From Candidatus Fraserbacteria bacterium (GTDB taxonomy: Bacteria > Bipolaricaulota > Bipolaricaulia > RBG-16-55-9), in assembly GCA_037443265.1 (NCBI GenBank), contig JBBIOR010000006.1, positions 12,896 to 76,895 of the forward strand: a DNA stretch of 64,000 nucleotides, read 5' to 3'. The notes beneath the pieces are model-generated. The model saw only the letters and a list, made by a program, of their open reading frames with translations. It ran no database searches and was not told the DNA's origin. Numbering within the stretch: position 1 is the stretch's first letter; the number at the start of each line of letters is the position of its first letter. The position numbers and the translations under genes are program-made. Below are positions 57,341-64,000 of the stretch, in pieces.

Positions 57341-57382
57341 AGTCATCCCCTCGGTGGCTTCTATGGCCACCAGATTATAGAT

Positions 57383-57856
57383 TTAGCGACGCCAGCGATT
57401 CAACTCGTAGATGGCAATCCCAAAGGCCACCGCCACATTGAGCGACTCCTTCTGGCCGTACATGGGGATATGAACGATCTGATCTGCCCGAGAGAGCAGA
57501 GCCTGCGAAAGTCCTTCTAATTCATTGCCCAAGAGCAGAGCCAGGGGAAATTGAGGGCGAAAGCGAAAGAGATCCACGCTGGGACACTCAATGTTGTTCT
57601 CCAGGGCGACGATCTGCACGCCCCAGCTCCTAAGCCGTTCGAGCAGCTTCCACGTCTGCGCCTGATGCTCCCAGGGCACAGTCTCTTCTGCCCCTAGGGC
57701 CACCTTGCTTATCTCTTTACGGGGTGGATGGCCCGTATAGCCACAGAGATAGAGCTTGGTGACAGAAGCCGCATCAGCCGTACGAAATATGGCGCCCACG
57801 TTGTGCAGACTGCGGATGTTATGACAGATGACGTACAACTCTTGGGCAAACATCAT
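57383..57856 (-). CDS. SPOUT (TrmH/SpoU-family) RNA methyltransferase
   Basis: NVGAIFRTADA, GNELEG, IPMYG.KESLNVAVA. Confidence 0.9.
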   Translation of the reverse strand: MMFAQELYVICHNIRSLHNVGAIFRTADAASVTKLYLCGYTGHPPRKEISKVALGAEETVPWEHQAQTWKLLERLRSWGVQIVALENNIECPSVDLFRFRPQFPLALLLGNELEGLSQALLSRADQIVHIPMYGQKESLNVAVAFGIAIYELNRWRR

Positions 57857-57937
57857 GGATCATGATAGCGCTTCGCCTGGCAAGCACAAGGACATTGCAG
57901 CCGACTGAGAGTTCCGGCTATACTGCGGGCGTCTCCC

Positions 57938-59419
57938 ATGATTCAGCTCGATGGAAGACATCTTACGCTTGAGGCGGCGGAGCGGATCGTCTTAGCAGGC
58001 GAGTCAGTCGAGGCCGCTCCAGAGGCCCTGCAGGCCGTGGAGGCCTCCGCCCGACTCGTCGGGAAGATCCTCCAAGCGGGGCGCAGGGCCTATGGCCTGA
58101 ACACCGGCTTCGGCAAACTGAGCACCCAGACGATCACGCGAGATCAGTTGAGAGAGCTTCAAGTCAATCTCTTGCGCAGTCACGCCTGCGCCGTGGGCGA
58201 GCCTCTTCCGGATGAGATAAGCCGGGCGGCCCTGCTGTTTCGCTTAAACTCACTGCTCTGTGGCCATTCGGGCGTGCGCCCCATCGTGATCGAATATCTT
58301 CTAAAATTCTTGAATCATCGGGTTTATCCCGTCATTCCCGGCAAAGGCTCTGTGGGCTCTAGCGGAGATCTCGCGCCTCTGGCCCATCTGGCCCTTCTGC
58401 TCATCGGCGAAGGCCAAGCCCGTCTGGACGGCCGGACTCTTTCGGGCGCTCAAGCGCTCAAGCGACTGGGGTTGGAGCCCCTGGAGTTGGCTCCCAAGGA
58501 GGGGCTGGCGCTCATCAACGGGACGCAAGTCTCGCTGGCCACAGGCTTCATCGCGTATCTTAAGGCGCGCAATCTTTTGGAGCACGCCCAGCTCATCGCC
58601 TGCTTAGCCATAGAAGCGGCGGGCGGGCGCACAGAGCCCTTAGAAGGGCGGGTGCAGGCCTGCCATCCCCATCCGGGCCAGAGAGGGGTGGCCGAGCAGA
58701 TGCGCTCCTATCTTTCGGGCAGCCGCCTGGTGAATCGCTCCACGGACGTGCAAGATCCCTACACGCTCCGCTGCATCCCTCAAGTGCTAGGTGCCTGCAG
58801 CGAAGCGCTGGATTTTGTGAGGACGAAGATTGAGATCGAGATGAACTCCTCAACAGACAACCCCCTCCTCTTCCCGGAGACGGAAGAGGTGCTCTCCGGA
58901 GGGAATTTTCACGGGGAAATACTCTCTTTGGCCTGCGAGATTCTGGGCCTGGCGTTGGCCCAGATGGGAAATTTTTCGGAGCGGCGCACGGCGCTCTTGC
59001 TCGAACTTCCCCATCTGCCGCCGTTCTTGACAGAGCAGAGCGGCCTGCGCTCCGGTTTGATGATTGCTCAATATACGGCCGCGGCCCTCGTCTCAGAGAA
59101 TAAGATTCTGGCCCATCCGGCCGTGGTCGATTCCATCCCGACCTCAGGCGGCAAAGAAGACTATAATAGCCTCGCCAGCCTCTCCGCCTGGAAAGCCTTT
59201 CAGATGGCAGAGAACGTCGAATATATTCTGGCCATTGAGCTGCTTACAGCCGCTCAGGCTCTCTTCTTCTGCGAGATCTCTCAAATGGCACCGGCTACCC
59301 GCAAAGTCTATGAGAATCTGCGCGCCCACATCCCCCCCTTGACGGAGGATCGCCCCTTATATCAAGATATAGAGCGGACACGAAAATGGATCCAAAGAGG
59401 AGAGTTGCTCCGTGTTTAA
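57938..59419 (+). CDS. hutH: Histidine ammonia-lyase
   Basis: YGLNTGFG, RSHA, SGDLAPL, KEGLALING, QDPYTLRC, DNP, SGGNFHG. Confidence 0.92.
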   Translation: MIQLDGRHLTLEAAERIVLAGESVEAAPEALQAVEASARLVGKILQAGRRAYGLNTGFGKLSTQTITRDQLRELQVNLLRSHACAVGEPLPDEISRAALLFRLNSLLCGHSGVRPIVIEYLLKFLNHRVYPVIPGKGSVGSSGDLAPLAHLALLLIGEGQARLDGRTLSGAQALKRLGLEPLELAPKEGLALINGTQVSLATGFIAYLKARNLLEHAQLIACLAIEAAGGRTEPLEGRVQACHPHPGQRGVAEQMRSYLSGSRLVNRSTDVQDPYTLRCIPQVLGACSEALDFVRTKIEIEMNSSTDNPLLFPETEEVLSGGNFHGEILSLACEILGLALAQMGNFSERRTALLLELPHLPPFLTEQSGLRSGLMIAQYTAAALVSENKILAHPAVVDSIPTSGGKEDYNSLASLSAWKAFQMAENVEYILAIELLTAAQALFFCEISQMAPATRKVYENLRAHIPPLTEDRPLYQDIERTRKWIQRGELLRV

Positions 59420-60302
59420 GTCGGGTTTTGTGGGGGTACTGGGCCAGGCGAACGTCGGGAAATCCACGTTCATCAACGCGATTCTGGGCAAGAAGCTCCT
59501 GATCGTCTCCGAGAAGCGCCAATCCACGCGCAACCGCATCCGCTGCATCTACAGCGATCCCGAAGCCCAGATCGTCTTTCTGGACACCCCTGGGCTGCAC
59601 AAGCCCGTGGATCGCCTGAGCCGCTTCCTGCTCAAGCAGGCCTTTGGAGCCCTCCCAGGACTCGATTTAATTCTCTATATGATTGAGCCATGGATCGAGA
59701 TCCCAGAGTACGATCAGAAGATCTTCGAGGAGATGGAAAAACTTTCGACTCCAAAAATCTTGCTCATCAACAAGATCGATAAGGCCCGAGGCAACGAAGT
59801 GGAAGAGACCCGCGCTCAGTACGCCCAGACGGGACTCTTTGCGGAGATCATCCCCATCTCCTGTAAGGAGGGGATCCATCTGGGCAAGACGATCCAGACG
59901 ATCAAAACATATCTGCCGGAAGGCCCCAAATATTTCCCTGATGAGATCACGGTGGATCGGCCGGAGGAGTTTCTCATCGCGGAGTTCATCCGCGAGAAGG
60001 TCTATCAGCTGACGCGCCAGGAGATCCCCTATGCTGTATTTGTGGAAGTCTGCGAGATCCGCGAGCGCGAAGACGTTCCGCTGATCGAAGTATATGCCAA
60101 TATTTATGTGGCGCGGCCCTCTCAGAAGGGAATCTTGATTGGTGAGCAGGGCTCGATGATCCGAGAGATCGGGCGGCTGGCCCGTCAGGACATCGAAGCG
60201 CTCTTGGGGAGCCGGGTGTATTTAGATCTGCAAGTCAAAGTGCGCCCGGGGTGGAACGAGGACGAAGAAAAGATTGCGCGGATCTTGGGGAAAGAGGGCT
60301 GA
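59412..60302 (+). CDS. era: GTPase Era
   Basis: FKSGFV, NVGKST, DTPG, NKID, EIPY, KH domain QKGILIG. Confidence 0.95.
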   Translation: MFKSGFVGVLGQANVGKSTFINAILGKKLLIVSEKRQSTRNRIRCIYSDPEAQIVFLDTPGLHKPVDRLSRFLLKQAFGALPGLDLILYMIEPWIEIPEYDQKIFEEMEKLSTPKILLINKIDKARGNEVEETRAQYAQTGLFAEIIPISCKEGIHLGKTIQTIKTYLPEGPKYFPDEITVDRPEEFLIAEFIREKVYQLTRQEIPYAVFVEVCEIREREDVPLIEVYANIYVARPSQKGILIGEQGSMIREIGRLARQDIEALLGSRVYLDLQVKVRPGWNEDEEKIARILGKEG

Positions 60303-62875
60303 TGGAGAAGCCGATCGAGATGGGGAGAATTCAGCAGATCTACGAGAAGGTCCTATTACTGGGGGGCGAGCCGCGCGCGATCCTTGACCAGATCGTCTGC
60401 GGGCTGGCGGACTTCCTACAAGCCAAGATCGCCATCATCGAAAAGCTCGAGCAGGACAAGATCCAAGTGATCTCCATGTATCTCGACGGGAAGATCTTCC
60501 ATGAGGGCGAGTTCCTCTTGAGGGGCACGCCGTGCGAGCACGTCAAGCAAGAGAAGAGATCCTGCCATTTCCACCGCGCCTATGAGCAGTTCCCCCAGGA
60601 TCCGTTCTTGCAGGAGCATCGCATCTCTTTTTATGTGGGCGTGCCCATCTTCGATCACGCCGGCGAAGTGATCGGCATCGTCAACGCCATGGATCCTAAG
60701 GCGCGGGAGCTTCCGGAGGAGGAGCTGCAAGTGATCCGGCTTCTGGGACAGCGGGCGGCCCTGGAGCTGGGAAGCCTCCTCCTAGAGCAGGAGAGCCGCA
60801 GGCTACGGGAGAAGCTCCTCGAGATCGGCCGGGAGATCCTTCAACAAAGAGAGGTGGATGCCATCTTGAGGCAAGTCGCCTCGGCGATCCGCGAGCATTC
60901 TCCCTTCAAGCTGGTGGCGATCTCCCTCTTCGAGCGGCCCATCGATCCTCATCGCGGGGAGCAAGAGCGGATTGCTCAGGTGGTCACAGCCGGCCTCAGC
61001 CTGGAGGAGGAAGCCAAATTGAAAGCCTTAGCGCTCTCGGGGCAGCCCATCCCAAGCCACCAGATCTTACAGAAGGGCCGGCCCATCGGAGGCGGCTATT
61101 ATGTCACGCCCGAGCTCCTCCCGGAGCTCGTCCCCAAGGGGGTCAAGGGCCGGGTCGGGCGGGAGGGCGCCGGGGTCTGGGGGCCGTATGATGATCTCTA
61201 TTTCTTCTTACGCCAAGGGGAGCAGCTGATCGGGCGCATCTCGCTGGGCGATCCCGTCCACGGCCAGGTCCCTACGCCCAGGGAGCTTGAGCCCCTGGAG
61301 CTCTTTGTCAATTTGGCCACCCTCGCCCTCGAGAAGGCTCGCTTCACCCAAGAGCTCCAGCACTTCCAAAGGCGCCTCCAGGGCATCTATCGCCTGAGCG
61401 AGCAACTCGCCCGTTTGGAAGACTTCGCTACGCTCATCCAGCAGGCCGTGGAAGTCATCCGCCAGAACTTTGAGTTCGATCACGTGGTGCTCTTCTTAAA
61501 GGAGGGCGAGGAGCTGGTGCTCAAGAGCTTCCATACGCGCCTGCCCCTGGAGGAGTTTCGGCTTAAGAGCTTTCAGAGGCTGAGGTTGGATCAAGGGATC
61601 TGCGGCTGGGTGGCCCGAGAGAAGCAGCCGGCTCGGGTGGGAGATGTCCTCCAAGACCCACGTTACGTGATGGGCCATCCGCAGATCCGCTCTGAGCTGG
61701 CTGTTCCCATCCTGCTGGAGGAGGAGCCCTTGGGGGTTCTCAACATTGAGAGTTTAAAGCCGAACGCCTTCACGCCGGAGGATGTGGAGCTTCTGCAAGC
61801 AGTGGCCCGGCAGCTGGCCGTGGCCATCGGGAGTCTCCGCCGCCGCCAGGAGCTTAAAGAGCTACTGCACGAGCGCGAGCGGGTCAATCGCTTTCTTAAG
61901 GCCCTCAATCAGGGCAAGAGCCTGGAGGAGATGCTGAGGCTGATCATCCAGCAGGGGATTGAGCTTCTGGCTCCCAAAGCCAATGCGGGAAGCTTCCTGC
62001 TGTGGGATGAGCCCAAGAAGTGCTTTGAGTTCCAAGCAGCAATCAATCGGGATCTGGGGGCTCTGAAGTCGATCACTTTTACGCTCGATCAGATAAGAAA
62101 GATTGCCCGCATGCGGGCTCCTTACATCTTCACCCGGTCCCAGCAGTTGAGCCATCCTGAGCTTGGTCGCATCGTGCGCGAGACGGGCCAGTGGCCGCCG
62201 GGCTCGACCATTTGCGTCCCCATTGGCGCAGGGGAGAAGCTGATCGCGGTGCTCAACATCAATAATCTGGAGGAGGAGGGGGTCTTCACACCGGAAGATG
62301 CCCAGAAGTTGGTGGCCCTAGTACCAGAGATCGAGCTGGCGCTCGCCCGCGCTCAGGATCAAGAACGCCTCAAAGAGCTGGCCATCCGCGACCCACTCAC
62401 CGGCGCGTACAATCGCCATTATTTTACGGAGTTCATCGGCAAAGAGCAGGAGCGGGCCAAGCGCTATGGCTATCCCATCTCCTTGGTGATGATCGACATG
62501 GACGATTTCTATGAGATCAACGATCGCTTTGGCCATGCCACAGGCGACCGCGTCTTGCAGGAGATCGCCCAGCTCATTATGAACAACGTACGGGCTCCGG
62601 ATGTGGTCGTGCGCTACGGCGGCGACGAATTTCTCATCGTCATGCCCCAGACGGCTCAAAAAGAGGCTGAAGAGGCGATGGAGCGCCTGCGCCAGAGGCT
62701 CGAGATTTGGGATGTCGGTCTTAAGGGCCGCAAGCTCTCCATGAGCTTTGGAGTAGCGAGTTGGTCCCCTCAGAGCACCGAACATCTTGAGCAAGTCTTA
62801 GAGAAGGCTGATCAGTTCATGTACCGGAGGCGCCGTATAGTGCGGGGGGGGGGAGGAAGAAGCGCTAAGCGTTGA
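60302..62875 (+). CDS. Multi-GAF diguanylate cyclase
   Basis: About four GAF-like domains; DPLTGAYNR, INDRFGH..GD, RYGGDEF; start ATG 60302. Confidence 0.92.
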   Translation: MEKPIEMGRIQQIYEKVLLLGGEPRAILDQIVCGLADFLQAKIAIIEKLEQDKIQVISMYLDGKIFHEGEFLLRGTPCEHVKQEKRSCHFHRAYEQFPQDPFLQEHRISFYVGVPIFDHAGEVIGIVNAMDPKARELPEEELQVIRLLGQRAALELGSLLLEQESRRLREKLLEIGREILQQREVDAILRQVASAIREHSPFKLVAISLFERPIDPHRGEQERIAQVVTAGLSLEEEAKLKALALSGQPIPSHQILQKGRPIGGGYYVTPELLPELVPKGVKGRVGREGAGVWGPYDDLYFFLRQGEQLIGRISLGDPVHGQVPTPRELEPLELFVNLATLALEKARFTQELQHFQRRLQGIYRLSEQLARLEDFATLIQQAVEVIRQNFEFDHVVLFLKEGEELVLKSFHTRLPLEEFRLKSFQRLRLDQGICGWVAREKQPARVGDVLQDPRYVMGHPQIRSELAVPILLEEEPLGVLNIESLKPNAFTPEDVELLQAVARQLAVAIGSLRRRQELKELLHERERVNRFLKALNQGKSLEEMLRLIIQQGIELLAPKANAGSFLLWDEPKKCFEFQAAINRDLGALKSITFTLDQIRKIARMRAPYIFTRSQQLSHPELGRIVRETGQWPPGSTICVPIGAGEKLIAVLNINNLEEEGVFTPEDAQKLVALVPEIELALARAQDQERLKELAIRDPLTGAYNRHYFTEFIGKEQERAKRYGYPISLVMIDMDDFYEINDRFGHATGDRVLQEIAQLIMNNVRAPDVVVRYGGDEFLIVMPQTAQKEAEEAMERLRQRLEIWDVGLKGRKLSMSFGVASWSPQSTEHLEQVLEKADQFMYRRRRIVRGGGGRSAKR

Positions 62876-63744
62876 ACAGCGTGGAAATCCGCCCGGTTGA
62901 GACCCTAGAGGATATCCACGAGTGCGAAAGGCTCCAGAAGCTCGTCTGGGGCTTTGAGGATCTGAGCGTCGTGCCCCATCATTTAATCATCACGACCCTC
63001 AAAGCGGGCGGTTTGCTCTTGGGGGCGTTCGAGGGCCAGCACATGATCGGCTTCGTTTACGGCTTTCCGGGCTTTATAATAGAAGAGAAGCAGCTTAAGC
63101 TGAAGCACTGTTCGCTCATGGCAGCCGTCTTGCCCGAGCATCGCTTCCGCGGCGTGGGCTATCAGCTCAAGCTCAAACAGAGGGAATGCGTGCTTTCCCA
63201 AGGGCTGGATCTCATCACCTGGACCTTTGATCCCTTGCAGGGCGCGAACGCCCATTTTAATTTCACAAAGCTCGGCGTGATCTGCTGTCAGTATGAACCC
63301 AATCTCTATGGGGACATTCGGGATGAGCTCAATCGCGGGCTACCCACGGATCGTTTTTCCGTCGAATGGTGGATTCGTAGTCCCAGGGTGACGGCACGAG
63401 TAGAGCGCCTGGAGAAGCCTCATTTCAGCAGAGAGCTTCCCCTGGTCAATCGCACAGCCATCAACCGGCGGGGGCTCTTAGGCAACCTCGAGTATGATCT
63501 TGAGCGGAAAGAGGCACGCCTCCTGGTGGAGGTCCCGCGGGATATACGAGCCCTCAAAGAAGCCGATCTAGATCTGGCACTCCGCTGGCGGCTGGAGACC
63601 CGCAAGATCTTCGCGCATTATTTCAAGCGGGGCTATATCGCCAGCGAGTTTTTCTCTTCCGCCCTCGAGCCACAGCCCAGGAGCTATTATCTGCTGGAGA
63701 AGCTCCCTAAAGACGAGCTTTTGGAGAGGGAGCGCTTCTTATGA
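62872..63744 (+). CDS. GNAT acyltransferase (putative D-amino acid N-succinyltransferase)
   Basis: GVGYQLKLKQRE, WTFDPL..NA.FN..KLG, TDRF; directly upstream of an OSBS/NSAR gene. Confidence 0.82.
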   Translation: MNSVEIRPVETLEDIHECERLQKLVWGFEDLSVVPHHLIITTLKAGGLLLGAFEGQHMIGFVYGFPGFIIEEKQLKLKHCSLMAAVLPEHRFRGVGYQLKLKQRECVLSQGLDLITWTFDPLQGANAHFNFTKLGVICCQYEPNLYGDIRDELNRGLPTDRFSVEWWIRSPRVTARVERLEKPHFSRELPLVNRTAINRRGLLGNLEYDLERKEARLLVEVPRDIRALKEADLDLALRWRLETRKIFAHYFKRGYIASEFFSSALEPQPRSYYLLEKLPKDELLERERFL

Positions 63745-64000
63745 GAGTTGAACGGGTGGAGCTCAGGCTCATCGAGATGGAGTTGAAAGAGCCCTTCGAG
63801 ACGAGCTTTGGGCGGGAGGAGAAGCGCCCAGCCATCATCGTCTCCGCGATGGGCGATGGGCTGGTAGGCTATGGCGAATGCGTGGCTGGCTCCGGCCCGT
63901 GGTACTCCTACGAGACTGTCAAGACCGCTTGGCACGTGCTGAGCGATTTTCTCATCCCGGGGGTGCTCCATCAAAAATTCTCTTATCCCGAAGAGCTTCG
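63741..64000 (+). CDS. menC: o-succinylbenzoate synthase / N-succinylamino acid racemase (5' part only)
   Basis: Hand translation: MRVERVELRLIEMELKEPFETSFG...GYGECVA...PWYSYETV.TAWHVL.DFLIP. Confidence 0.85.
   Translation, partial: MRVERVELRLIEMELKEPFETSFGREEKRPAIIVSAMGDGLVGYGECVAGSGPWYSYETVKTAWHVLSDFLIPGVLHQKFSYPEEL

Noticed and set aside
62844-62853. G10 tract at the end of the diguanylate cyclase (also C8 at 17012-17019)
   Set aside because: Lies after the GGDEF domain; slippage would change only the last few residues, and the GNAT frame has a stop just upstream, so no fusion or phase switch results.
1-64000. CRISPR arrays, IS elements, rRNA, tmRNA, RNase P or SRP RNA, selenocysteine recoding
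   Set aside because: No regularly spaced repeats, transposase motifs, diagnostic RNA motifs or interrupted conserved genes seen by eye; weak cases could be missed without a search.

Overview
Gene-dense, GC-rich bacterial chromosomal core region with about 55 CDS and 8 tRNAs. I see no transposase, integrase, prophage or CRISPR array. Housekeeping genes include miaB, ispG, glyA, rho, murA, hflX, holB, rnc, prfA, metK, groES-groEL with a CIRCE operator, topA, era, citrate synthase and hutU/hutH. There are two ABC importers (LIV-type with two Tat-signal binding proteins and a TetR regulator; PotABCD-type), peptidases, an Lhr helicase and a multi-GAF diguanylate cyclase. Gene style suggests a deep-branching, probably diderm lineage; Ca. 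Bipolaricaulota/Acetothermia is my tentative guess, not shown by the sequence. Most notable: (1) an unannotated ~200-nt structured RNA (6S-like rod with anti-SD motifs) convergent with an orphan ORF next to tRNA-Lys; (2) a secreted cohesin + dockerin-like protein with a T9SS/FlgD-like C-terminal domain, plus two orphan beta-barrel candidates; (3) repeated leaderless and tRNA-led gene starts; (4) active-site variants (MurA Cys->Asp, HutH Ser-Ser-Gly, U1-A72 initiator tRNA, divergent PurF); (5) a hidden 32-aa ORF behind two hairpins downstream of fur. All calls come from reading motifs by eye; no searches were run.
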